A stretch of 63,245 nt of DNA, counting the filler, from Saprolegnia diclina VS20 (lineage: Eukaryota): NCBI RefSeq assembly GCF_000281045.1. It is 9 parts of 5 records of this genome, joined end to end, with 100 filler letters (N's around TTAATTAATTAA, not from the genome) between each part and the next. Parts side by side here need not be neighbours in the genome. Positions count along the whole stretch, not along the records: positions 11,219 to 28,438 come from NW_008246244.1; 8 more parts are not named here. One strand, 5' to 3'. This document shows positions 12,399 through 23,055 of this stretch, in pieces (position 1 is the first letter of the stretch; every line of letters begins with the position of its first letter). The position numbers and the translations under genes are program-made. The notes below the pieces were generated by a model. That model was given only the letters and a program-made list of their open reading frames with translations, had not been told where the DNA came from and searched no databases.

Positions 12399-13850
12399 AT
12401 GGCCAAACGCGTGCAGTTAGCGCCGGCCTCGGTCGTCGACGCACCTCGTGCGCTCGTTTGCATCGTCCAGTGCTTCGCTTTGCAATCCGACGTGGCTGCA
12501 TTTCTCAACGCGCTGCCTCGGACCTCGCGCTCACCGCCTTTGGCTGCGCTTCTCCAGCTTATTGTCGGCGGCGCCCGCGTCTGGCCGCATTCCGCCCTCG
12601 GCTGGGCCATCGACGACGCCATGATTCCTCTCGTCAAGGCTGCGATGCCTCTCTTCCCGTCTCTTCATATCGAAAGCCTCTCGTACAGCGACGCCTGGCG
12701 CAGCGCATCAGCGACCTCGTCGTTTGCTATCCCGTTTTGCGCGTTTCTGGCCGAGTGGGCGAGCAAGGTCGAGCATTTGGAGCTCTGCGCGACTGGTGGA
12801 GACGACGACGAGGGCCACCGACTGCTCTACTTGTGCACAAATGTCCGCTCGTTGGTTCTCTCGGACGACGCGAGCGTGCTGCCACGCCTCTTGGCATCGC
12901 CGTTTCGCATCACGCGGCTGGAGCTGCGCTTGGACGGTGCCGACTGGCCGGATGCACTGCTACCTTGGCTTGCATCCGGGCATGCGATGCATGTGGGTAT
13001 TCGCGCCTTAGACTCGAGCGCGACGCACACCGACACCCTCGCGCTTGCGCTCGCAACTGCACCGAGCCTCACGAGCCTTGTATTGACCGAATGCGACAGC
13101 CTTCTGTGCAGCTTTGTGGCGAGGGCGACGCCGCTGCAGCATGTGACGCACCTCGCGATAAAGTCGTCGCTCGACCAAGGCTACATGGACCGGCTCCTAT
13201 CGTTGGTAAATGCGTCCAAGCTAGAGGTGCTCGATCTCTCGGGCGCCGTTGCCGGGGATCTGCACTGCAGTCTGGCGGCTCTGCAGTCATTGACCGCGTT
13301 GGACGAGCTCTCGCTGTGCCACGTCACGCTGCATGTACCGTCGATCGCGACGGCCTCGTCAACGTTACGCGAAGCCCGCTTCGAGTCGTGTTCGTTCGTG
13401 AACGGCGCGTTCGGGCAGCTGGTGGACTGGCTCGCGCGCTCAGAAGCTCTCGAAGCCGTCGACTGGACAAACTGCATGACCATTGCGCAGCAGTTGGGTG
13501 CTTTTGGCCGCGCACTGCGTCGCTGGATCCGGGGTGGTACGCACACCGTGGCCATCGAAGCTTGCGCTTTGGGTGACGACGCCATGTCGACGCTTGCGAT
13601 GGCACTGAGCTTCGTCGATGCGCCAGATCACTTTACGCTCGAACTGGTGTCGGTCTCGTTCGGGTTTCACGGCTGGAAACGCCTTCTGGAGGCCGCTGCG
13701 ACGAGCACGAATGTGAGCGTCACCAGTGACATGGACGACGACCAACTCAAGTTATATCGCCAACAGCTCAAGACGATCGCGCTGCAGAAAGGTGTCGCGC
13801 TGTGCATGGAGGAGAGCGCCCAGTCGCTCGATAGCCGAGTCAGGTCTTAA
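12399..13850 (+). CDS. RNI-like/leucine-rich repeat protein (Saprolegniales-type expanded family)
   Basis: 483-aa intronless ORF with LxxLxL repeats (LTSLVL, LEVLDLS, LDELSL, LEAVDW). Confidence 0.7.
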   Translation: MAKRVQLAPASVVDAPRALVCIVQCFALQSDVAAFLNALPRTSRSPPLAALLQLIVGGARVWPHSALGWAIDDAMIPLVKAAMPLFPSLHIESLSYSDAWRSASATSSFAIPFCAFLAEWASKVEHLELCATGGDDDEGHRLLYLCTNVRSLVLSDDASVLPRLLASPFRITRLELRLDGADWPDALLPWLASGHAMHVGIRALDSSATHTDTLALALATAPSLTSLVLTECDSLLCSFVARATPLQHVTHLAIKSSLDQGYMDRLLSLVNASKLEVLDLSGAVAGDLHCSLAALQSLTALDELSLCHVTLHVPSIATASSTLREARFESCSFVNGAFGQLVDWLARSEALEAVDWTNCMTIAQQLGAFGRALRRWIRGGTHTVAIEACALGDDAMSTLAMALSFVDAPDHFTLELVSVSFGFHGWKRLLEAAATSTNVSVTSDMDDDQLKLYRQQLKTIALQKGVALCMEESAQSLDSRVRS

Positions 13851-14316
13851 ACATCCAATGCAAGCATTTCGCTAAGCTCGCTGCAAGTACACTTGAGAAA
13901 CGCAGTCCTAAGGTCTAGGACGGAGACCACGTGCCCTTCCTCGCATCGCTACCGTGCTAACATGCAAGCCCGCCGCCGCTTGGTGGCGCGACTTGGGTGT
14001 CGGAAGGACGCAATTCGATTGTACTTGGTAAATGTATGATCCGTATCTGTCCTTGAAAGGAATTCTACCCTTTCAAAGTCATCAAAAGACAATAGTTTGC
14101 TATCGGGCGTGCAGCGCAGCGCTGGCGAGAGGCTCGCTCGTCCAGCGCCAGCGCCATTGCCCGGGCGGCCTGCGCCACAGCTTCGAAAAAAGAAAGTGCA
14201 ACATTTCCTGCAACGCAATTCGTCGAAAAACGTCGAACGAGTCGAATTTGAACCAATCACACGGCGCAAGCCATAGCTTCGAAAGCTGCTCGAAAGATCG
14301 CACTTTGCAAACAGCG

Positions 14317-15213
14317 ATGCAGACGATGCGCATGCTCTCGCTCTCCGCGCTGCTGGCAGTGGCCATGGCCGGCGCCATGGGCAGCGAGCGTGGCGTCGAC
14401 GTCAGCGACGACGGCGTCGTCTTTGATAGCACCCTTTCGGCGATCGAGATCTTCCAGAAGGAGCACCCGGCCATCGCGGCCGCGCATGACGAGATGCAGC
14501 GCATGATGCTGGAAGAGTTTGAGGCCGCCGAGAAGTCCATGCGGGACATTGACGCGCGATTTCGCCCCGTGCAGCGCGCCCAAGCGCCCGAGCAGCCCAA
14601 GTGCGAGGACGAGAATGACCACGAATGCGTGGCGCCACCGACAAAGCCTGCGCCAGCCCGCCATGGCGACCGGCAACACGACCATGCACCGCGTCAGCAC
14701 CAGCGGCAAGAGCAACCGCCGCAGCATAACCGCGAGCCACACCGCGAGCACCGACAGCGCCGACAGGCGTACCGCCAAGCGCCAAGCTACGACGACGATA
14801 ATGATGAGGACATCTACGACGAAGCGCCGCCGCGGCGATCGCGTGGGCAGCGCCGGCGCGTGGTCTACGAAGATGACGAGGACGACTACGATGTGCCGCA
14901 GCGTCGCGTGCGTTCGCGGTACCCCAGCCAAGCCGAAATGGACGAGCTTATCAAGCAGCAGGTCCGCGCGCAGCTTATGGAAGCCAGAGAAGCGCACGCG
15001 CACGTGCCATGGGACCACGACGACAGCAGCAATGTCGCAACGAAGCCGACTGTATGCTTGACCTACCCGCTGCAGGGCGTGTGCGACTGGAACATCTTGG
15101 CGGGGCTGCTCTGGACGGCCCTCGTGGTCGTGGTCGTCGTTGCTGTCTCGCGCCACCGTCCGAGCCCGCCACGGGCCACCACCGCATCGTCAAAAAAGAC
15201 CAAGACGAACTAG
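14317..15213 (+). CDS. Hypothetical type-I membrane protein (signal peptide, charged low-complexity ectodomain, C-terminal TM)
   Basis: MQTMRMLSLSALLAVAMAG signal-like N-terminus; TM ILAGLLWTALVVVVVVAVS; basic tail. Confidence 0.7.
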   Translation: MQTMRMLSLSALLAVAMAGAMGSERGVDVSDDGVVFDSTLSAIEIFQKEHPAIAAAHDEMQRMMLEEFEAAEKSMRDIDARFRPVQRAQAPEQPKCEDENDHECVAPPTKPAPARHGDRQHDHAPRQHQRQEQPPQHNREPHREHRQRRQAYRQAPSYDDDNDEDIYDEAPPRRSRGQRRRVVYEDDEDDYDVPQRRVRSRYPSQAEMDELIKQQVRAQLMEAREAHAHVPWDHDDSSNVATKPTVCLTYPLQGVCDWNILAGLLWTALVVVVVVAVSRHRPSPPRATTASSKKTKTN

Positions 15214-15231
15214 GGTTTGGCGCAGATTCAT

Positions 15232-15312
15232 GACATCAATGCACTTACCTTTGGACATCAATGCACTGTATTTGGACATCAATGCACTGTATTTGGACAT
15301 ACATGCACTGTA
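15232..15312. repeat. 21-bp tandem repeat (tttggacatcaatgcactgta) x ~3.8
   Basis: Identical units at 15250-15270 and 15271-15291, a variant at 15292-15312 and a partial unit at 15232-15249. Confidence 0.9.
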
Positions 15313-15322
15313 TTCAAAGGAC

Positions 15323-16532
15323 TTAGGCTTGATGCGCTTGGAGCTGCTCCTTGCGCCACGCTGCATGCTGCACATGAAGCTGCTCGACGTGCGACGCCGC
15401 CGCGTGCAAGTGCGCTTGCGTCTCTTCTTGGAGCTTCTTGCGCTTCTCGCGCAGCCGCTCCGTGGACCGCTCGACAATCGCACTGCGCGTCTAGAGACAG
15501 AGTCAAATCGAGTCGGTCGGTGAACCGTACCTGCTGCAAGCCATCGTGGAGCTCTTGCATCTTGTTGCGGTGCTCTTGGCTCAAGAGCTCCTTGTGCTTC
15601 TTCACGTGATCGCGCGGTGCCGCATCGTCAAGCACTAGCTCCGCCGGTGAGTGATGACGCGTCGGGCATCGACCCGCTCATATGTACATGTGTCGTCGGC
15701 CAGCGCTGCGTGGCGGTCCCGATGCGCGTGGGGCGGGCTGTGCGGCGCGGGCACATTGCGCGTGTACCCGTCGCATGTCTAGCGCGCGTGCATCGTCCAT
15801 TCTCAAAGCATGACTACGGTGCGTACATGCAGCAAAGGAAGGCGGTCAAAGCACAGCTCGGCGTAGTTGGCGGTGGCTTCCGCCCACGGGTTGCCTGCGA
15901 GTCGTAGCACCCGCAGGCCGCGCGGAAGCTCGTCTATCAGCACTATTAGCTTCCTTTTTGGTATGTTGTCGCTGTCTTTACCAAGGTCGAGCGCTGTTAG
16001 GGCGTTGAACGAGAGGTCGAGAAACTTGAGCTACAACGGTATCGAAGCACATCCCCGGATGACAACGGTACCTTGGCCAGACATGCAATGTTGGCCACCT
16101 AGTGCGCGCTTAGCTCGGCTTCGTAACATGAGAGCGAACTGTCGAGATGCGGTTGTGCGAGAGCGCAAGGAAGTCGAGGTTCGTATGCAGCTCGAGGTTT
16201 TCGAGCACTTGGATGGCATTCTACCCCACATGTGCTTCGCTGGCGAGGCAGGTATATCGTTGTCGTACGTGCTGCAGATAGAGCTCGCGAACGTGCGTGA
16301 ACGCATCGAGGTTCTCGATCTTGCCAATGCCGAGCCAGTCGAGGCGCAGCACGTTGCGCGTCAAGAGGTGCTCGACCCTAGCAGCGTGCTTGGCTTATAG
16401 CCTGCCAAAATGCATCGCATGCACGTACTCGTCGCCTTCGACGGCGAGGCCATCGTCGATCGCCGTTTCCGGGCGCAGCTGCATGCTCTTGCGGATGAGC
16501 TGCATCGTGAGCTTCACGGGCGTCGGCTCCAT
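15323..16532 (-). CDS. SDS22-type LRR protein, LRRC46-like (multi-exon)
   Basis: Spliced translation VLRLDWLGIGKIENLDAFTHVRELYLQH-NAIQVLENLELHTNLDFLALSHNRIS...LKFLDLSFNAL...DELPRGLRVLRLAGNPW, then a coiled-coil C-terminus; TAA at 15325-15323. Confidence 0.75.
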
Positions 16533-16691
16533 GCTCCTCGGTCTTCTCGCACGACGCTTCGATCTTGTGAAACCAAGTGGCGTCACGACGTAGCCGCGAT
16601 ATGATTGGCCGAGATTTCTTCTTCGAAGTTCGGATTGGCCAAGACCATCGTCAGCAGATCCAAGAAGAGCCTTTGCGGAGCATCCGGCGCC

Positions 16692-19600
16692 ATGCAGCAG
16701 GCCGCCAAGGAGATGGAGAGCCTCGACTACGGTAGGCGCATGGAGCCTGCGAGGAAGACGATGCTCATGGCATGCTGCGCCCATGCTAGACATGTTTGAG
16801 AGCGTCGTCAACAAGTCAGGTACGATGGCACCGCGCGACGCGGCTAGCATGGCCATGTAGGCTTTGGCTACAAGTACCGCGATGGCCGCGAGAAGAGCCG
16901 ATCGATCGTCGTGCGGTGGGTCCTCACACTCGTCGCGGGGCTCATCACGGCCTTGGCTGGCATCGTGCTCCTCCTCTGCACGCAGACGCTTGCGCACGTC
17001 AAGCGCGACCTCATCGACCACTACATCGCGGCCGGGCCTCCGACGCTCGTCTTTAGCGTCGTGCTAGGCTTCAACATGGTTCTCGTCCTACTCGCGACGT
17101 CGCTCACGATCTTTGGCGAGCCCGTGGCCGCGGGCTCGGGTACCATGCTCTCCTCCATCAGCATCCATGCGACGGATGCGACTGCGTAGGCATCTCGGAG
17201 ATCAAGTCGATGCTCAATGGCGTCAAGATCCCACGCATGTTGCGCTTCCGGACGCTATGCTGCAAGCTAATCGGGACCATCTGCGCAGTCTCGGGCGGGT
17301 TGCCCGTCGGGAAGGAAGGACCGATGATCCACAGGTATCCTTGGCCATGTTGCGTCAAATTAAAAAAACGCGTCAAATTAGCGGGGCCATAATTGCGGCG
17401 GGGATCTCCCAAGGCAAGTCTTCAACGTGGGGCTACGATACCAGGTCCAATATTGCGTGTTTGACGTATCGCATGGACTTTAACGTGTAGTTTTACCTAC
17501 TTTGCGGGCTTCCGGAACGACCGCGAGAAGCGCGATTTCCTATCGTGCGGTGCGGCAGCGGGCGTCGCCGCGGCCTTTGGTGCGCCCATCGGCGGTGTCC
17601 TCTTTGTCCTCGAAGAAGGTACTGTACATTTCAGTATTTCAACGGCAAAAATCGGCAAAAATCGGCAAACTTCTGCAAACTTCTGCAAAATTCGGCAAAA
17701 TCCACTCAAATCGCCTCCGTACTTGCGTAGGCGCGTCATTTTGGAACCAAACCCTCACGTGGCGCACGCTCTTTTGCGCCATGGTGTCGACATTTACCTT
17801 GGCGTTTTTCATTTCCGGCCTGGGCAACGAGGCCGGCCACTCGTGGGGCACGCTCGGGTCCCAGTCGGGCACGTTTACCTTTGGCCCGTTCACGCTCTCG
17901 ACGTACCAGGTGTGGGAGATCCCGATCTTCATCTTGATGGGCGCGGGCGGCGGCGTCCAAGGCGCCTTCTTCAACGCGCTCAACACGCGCATGGCACGGT
18001 ATACCCTACCCCTGAAGCAACTGTCCCAAGCAACGTCTGCTGCTAGGTTTCGCGCCCGCTGGATCCAAACCAAGTGCGTGTGGCTGCTCGAAGCGATTCT
18101 TATCTCGGGGGCCATCACTTGCATGAGCTTTTGGATCAGCTTTACGTTTGGGACGTGCCACCGGCTTCCGAAGACGCCGATCGAGCCGCTCGTCTCGTCG
18201 TGGTGGGACACGCTCTTGCCGTGGCGCCGGCCATGGCAAAATGCAGTGAGCAACGACGACGACGAGTACCCGTATGCGCACGATTTGGTTCGCTTTTACT
18301 GCCCGCCCGCGTACTACAACGACTTGGCGAGTCTTCTCTTGGCGCCGGGCGAGACCGCGATCCGCCACCTCTTCCACGCGCCGCCGGAAACGTTTGACGT
18401 CAACAACCTCGTACTCTTTTGGGGCCTCTCGCTCCTTGCGTCGTGCTGGACGTATGGCCTCAAGGTCCCGAGCGGTCTCTTCATCCCCGCGCTCTTGACG
18501 GGCGCAGCGTACGGCCGGCTGTGGACGCGCATCATCAACGCGATCACAGCAGCTTTGCACGCCAAGACGATCGACCCGCGCGTGTACGGGCTCATTGGCA
18601 GCGCCGCGATGCTCGGCGGCGTCACACGCATGACGATCTCGCTCACAGTCATCCTGCTCGAGTGCACCGGTGTGTTTGGTTTCGTTTACAAATGCAATTT
18701 TGCGACATGACGATCCATGACTAGGCAACATTGAGTACGGTCTCCCGCTCATCGTGACGCTCTTCTCGGCGCGGTGGGTCGGCAACTACTTCAACCATGG
18801 CATCTACGACATTCACATTCACCTGCGGCACATTCCGTTTTTGGATTGGGACCCGCCGCTGCAGGGGTCCCACCTCCGCGTCAAGCATGTCATGACACGG
18901 CATCCCAAGTGCCTGCGCACGGTCGAGCGCGCCGGTGCGTCGTGCTGCTGCGTTTCTAGCTCACTTGGCCATAGGCGCCATCTACGATTTGCTGTGTCAT
19001 ACGACCCACAATGGGTTTCCGGTCGTCGTTGAAGACCCGACGTTCGGCACCAAGTTCTTTGCCGGCGTCATCTTGCGCAAGCAGCTCGACGTGCTTCTGT
19101 TGCGACATGACTATTCGCTTGCCAAGCCGACGCCGTTCTCTCGCCACCCACGACCGTCTGTCACATCAACATCGACGCCAACGACCGACGCCGACTGCTT
19201 GAGCTACAGGGACATGGAAGCCAACTACCCGCACTACCCGCACCCAGCGCCGGTCGACGCGCCCAACGGGCCAGCCTACACGCTCCTCGACGCGCACCGG
19301 GACGCGTGGGTCGACCTCACGCCGTACATGAACCAGACACCGTTCGTGGTCCAAGAAGAGGCGCCGTTCACGCGCGCGTACCGACTCTTTCGCAGCTCGG
19401 GCTTGCGCCACCTCATCGTCGTCAACCGGCACAACAACGTCCGGGGCATCATCACGCGCCGTGAGCTCGAGGCAGAGCACTGTGCGCGCTGCTGGCGTCT
19501 CTGCCGCCGGCTCAAAGGCCTCGACGACGACGCTGCGCCCGAGACCGACTCGTACAACTACTCGACGCGGTCGCCGTCGTCGTCCGTGTGGCACCCGCCT

Positions 19601-19762
19601 CGCATCTTGCGCCGACATGTCGATCGCACGGACCAGGTCAAGCGCGTGCTCTCGTCGCTGCACAAGCCACTCTTGAGCGACAGCGACAATACCCCCGGCG
19701 ATGACATCGTCGACGACGCGATTGACGATGACGACGAGATGGACGATGACGCCCATGTCTAG
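16692..19762 (+). CDS. CLC chloride/proton antiporter, ClC-6/7-like, with two CBS domains
   Basis: Multi-exon; motifs [73 protein letters not shown]. Confidence 0.92.
17643..17700 (+). repeat. Intronic 10-bp period tandem repeat
   Basis: cggcaaaaat cggcaaaaat cggcaaactt ctgcaaactt ctgcaaaatt cggcaaaa inside the CLC intron ~17619-17730. Confidence 0.8.
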
Positions 19763-19813
19763 AAGATGCAGGCTGCGAAACGCGGCTTGTCGTGCGGAAT
19801 GCAGTAGGAGGAT

Positions 19814-20694
19814 TTACACGTTAAAGAGGAAGCGAAGCAGCCGCGAGCAAAAGTTGGTCTGGCGGCGCGGTGGCTCCATAAAGTCGTCGTCGCACGGCGC
19901 GACTTGCAGTTCCCGCGACAGCAGCGGCGCCGGCGTCGTCGACGACGTGCTACCTTGGTGCGCCGGCGTGTCGGCGTCCATCTCAGACACCAAGCAGCGC
20001 TTGACACCAATCATGACGGTGCCGCCAAGCGTCGCGCCCGACTCGCCGAGCGCCTTCTCGGCTTGGAGACGGGTCCGGTACCGCACATACAGCCAGTTGC
20101 CGCGCCCGTAGCGATACTGCACCGCCTACGAGAGAGACATGAGCTATGATAAAGAGCATGCATCGAGGAAGCATACATCGCCAATGGACTGAAAGTGCTT
20201 CAAGATGGCCTCCATGTCGACGGCCGAGAAGCCAAACACTGTGATCCAGTACTGCTCGTCGACGCCCCACTCTTGCGCCCGAAGGCTCGGAAACGAAAAG
20301 GCGCTCTGTGTGGTCGCCGGCGCCGGCTGGTCCACTGGCCTCGCCTGGTCGAGCCGCGCCGAGAGCGAGCCAAAGAGCGACGCCTGTTTAAAAATGGTCG
20401 TGCGACGCCATGCAGGCAAGAGTCACGTACCGTAGGAATCGACGTGGACGTCGGCTCTGTAGGCGCAGCGCCATTTCGCCGGCGAAGCGACTGGTACTGG
20501 TGGTCGAGGCCATTGCCCTCCCATGGCGTCTGGTAGTTTTGGAGTGGCATGTACGCGTGGGTCGACTTGACGGGGCTGCTCGTGTCTTCCTCGGACGCCT
20601 TGTCATGCACCAAGTGGCCGCTCGGGTCGAGGAAGAAGGAGGGCATGACGTCGGCATCTTGGCTACGCAAGCCATGAGCGCCCGCGGGTTCCAT
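19814..20694 (-). CDS. NUP35: Nucleoporin Nup35/Nup53-like (MPPN RRM)
   Basis: WITVFGF...ILKHFQSIGD...NWLYVRY...AEKAL...MIGVKRC RRM and a C-terminal amphipathic helix FCSRLLRFLFNV; 2 introns. Confidence 0.85.
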
Positions 20695-21038
20695 CGGCGG
20701 CGACGCACCTCGGCCCGCTCATCGCGCTGGCAATTGGTGGACAAAAAACTGGGACTCTCTTCGGGAGTTGATATCATATCGATTCTTAGAGGCTTGGCGA
20801 AAAATAAGTTTCGACAGGACATGCAATTCGGGAAAAATACCCGAAAATTGCTGATTGCACAATAATGGTCGTGACAACTTGGCCATCAAAGCGTTGTACC
20901 ACCGGGTGCAGCGACGATTCTGATACATTATTTATCTATTCTTTCAGTCGATACCTCAGTCGCCGCATGTGAGTCGTTGACATGAGCTCGTGATAGCGAC
21001 AAGGTCCAGACTACTTGGTACTGAGAAACGACAATACG

Positions 21039-21904
21039 CTATTGACAGCCCCTTTGGACGCCATACGCCTCGAGAGCGTTCTTGGTCGTTTGCGCCGCAA
21101 GCGCTTCCAGCGGCAAGTGCAGCGTGGCTGCGAGCGCGACAGCGACGCGGGGCAAGACGCTTGGCTCGTTCAGCTCGGCTTCGTGCGCTAGCTCAAGCGG
21201 CAGCTGGTCGGGCGCGTCGGTCTCCAAGAGAAGACGCTCGATCGGAATCGCGCGCAGCATATCCGAGGCCTTCTTGCTGCCCATGAGCTTGGCCGCAATC
21301 GAAAAGTACACGCGCGTTTGCTTCAAACGAGCAAACGACCGAACCATTTCGGTTGCCCCGCCAAACGAATGTAGAATCACAGGCCGTGGCTGCGGAATCA
21401 GTGTGAGCGCTTCCAGCACTTTGCCGTACGCGCCGACGCAATGCACGACGACAGGTCGCTCGAGACGAGCAGCGAGCTGCAGCTGCTCACGGAAGCGCGC
21501 GTCTTGGATCGCCATGGGCACGGCGGCCCCGCGTCGGCTCTTGCACAGCCCGATTTCGCCCACCTAGGATCAAGCACGATTCGCTGGCATGGTCAGGAAG
21601 ACAACAAGCGTACGCTGGCCGTGGGATGCAGCCGCAAGGTCGCCTCTAATACGTCCAAGTACGCCACCGACACATCGCCGGCAAACCACGGATGGATGCC
21701 AAAGGCCGGCAGGAGCTGCACGGACGTTGCTGCGTGGGCCACAGCAAAGGCTGGCCAACGCGCCCACTCGGCCTCGGTGCAGGCGCACGAGCTGATGGCG
21801 ACGACGCCGTCCCGAGCAGCGCGGGTGAGCACATCGCTAATGCTGGCGTGGAGGCGCGGGTCCTGGAGGTGGCAGTGGGCATCGACCCATGCGGCTCGCT
21901 GCAT
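21039..21904 (-). CDS. tatD: TatD-family DNase
   Basis: DAHCHL, FGIHPW, GEIGL, VVHCVGA, ILHSFGG, LLETDAPD and NEPS motifs; one intron at ~21565-21612. Confidence 0.9.
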
Positions 21905-22116
21905 CGTGTTTGCAAATTTGTGTGTCGTCGCAAATTGACGCCAAAAAGTGCCGACATATTTTCGACGCAATGGCTAAAAATAGATTTTATGCCGATCTGT
22001 GAATCGAGTTCTTTGTTCTTGGCACAGTTTAGCTACAATTGTAGTCGACAGCTACTAATGAGCCTACTAGCTGCGTACGTCTGTCCAGTTGGCGTCAGCT
22101 GCAACAAGCTTGACAA

Positions 22117-22809
22117 CTACGAACGGCGCAAAAAGAGGCCCGGGTTCTGGACAACGACTTGGTTTTGGTCAATGTTTTTGGCCGCGAAAAAGTTGCCCTT
22201 GGAGAGCGCGTGAGCATTCGACTCCGAGTTGGCGTTGGCGTTCGCATAGCCCTTCTTGTTAATATCGCGCTTGATGATTTGCTGCGTGTCGGCGTGCTGG
22301 CGGGCGTCTGAGGCGCGGCCTTGGCTCGCTTCGTTGAACGTACCGCCTTGGTTGAGTGCACTGGCTTGCTTGTTGGCGGCCGACAAGGCCGATGGCGAGC
22401 CGCCGCAGCTCGTTCCGAAGCAGCCGCCGCCACAGCCAAGCCCGCCGCAGTTTCCGACCAGGCGGCGCACCCACGGCGAGAGGACGGCGCCGTTCGCATT
22501 CGTCCGCGTCTGGCTCTTCTGAAGCGCATTGTTCTGTGCGGTCGCGTCTTGGTAGCCGCGGTCGTTGGCTTCTTGGCTCGCATGGTTGCTGTCGATCACG
22601 AGTGACTTGGCAATGCCAACGTTGCCGCTGTTGCTATCGGCGTGGTTGGCAAAGTTGCTCTTCGCCTGCTGCAAAGCATTCGCTTGGGCGATCGCGCTGG
22701 TCGAGGCTTGCGCAAAGAAGAGGTTGCCCGGGTACCCAATGGCCGAGATGGGCTGCGCGTCCACGAGCGTGGCGAGAAGGAGTGCGAAGTACGCAAGGTA
22801 GGGTTGCAT
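22117..22809 (-). CDS. Small secreted Ala/Asn/Gln-rich protein with a central Cys/Gly motif
   Basis: Signal peptide MQPYLAYFALLLATLVDA; GNCGGLGCGGGCFGTSCGG; intronless. Confidence 0.75.
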   Translation of the reverse strand: MQPYLAYFALLLATLVDAQPISAIGYPGNLFFAQASTSAIAQANALQQAKSNFANHADSNSGNVGIAKSLVIDSNHASQEANDRGYQDATAQNNALQKSQTRTNANGAVLSPWVRRLVGNCGGLGCGGGCFGTSCGGSPSALSAANKQASALNQGGTFNEASQGRASDARQHADTQQIIKRDINKKGYANANANSESNAHALSKGNFFAAKNIDQNQVVVQNPGLFLRRS

Positions 22810-23055
22810 GGTGGAGGTAGTGTGGGAAGTTCGAGGACAAACCGAGAATGCATTCAACTCTGCGGTCGCACTGCCGAGAGGTCACTTCTAGTCGTGTCGT
22901 CGATAGACGCGCCAGCTAGGCGCGCTGTCGGTAAGTATTTCTTATCGAGTACCACGTCAAGGTTACGGCCTGTCAACGTTGTCGGGCCTTGCTCAGTATG
23001 TGGCTCTAAATTTAGCCGGTTACGGAAAAAGGCCGGCGCGACGACTTGACGAGAC

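Noticed and set aside
15232..15312. Possible CRISPR-like array
   Set aside because: The units are contiguous with no unique spacers, no cas genes are nearby, and the context is eukaryotic.
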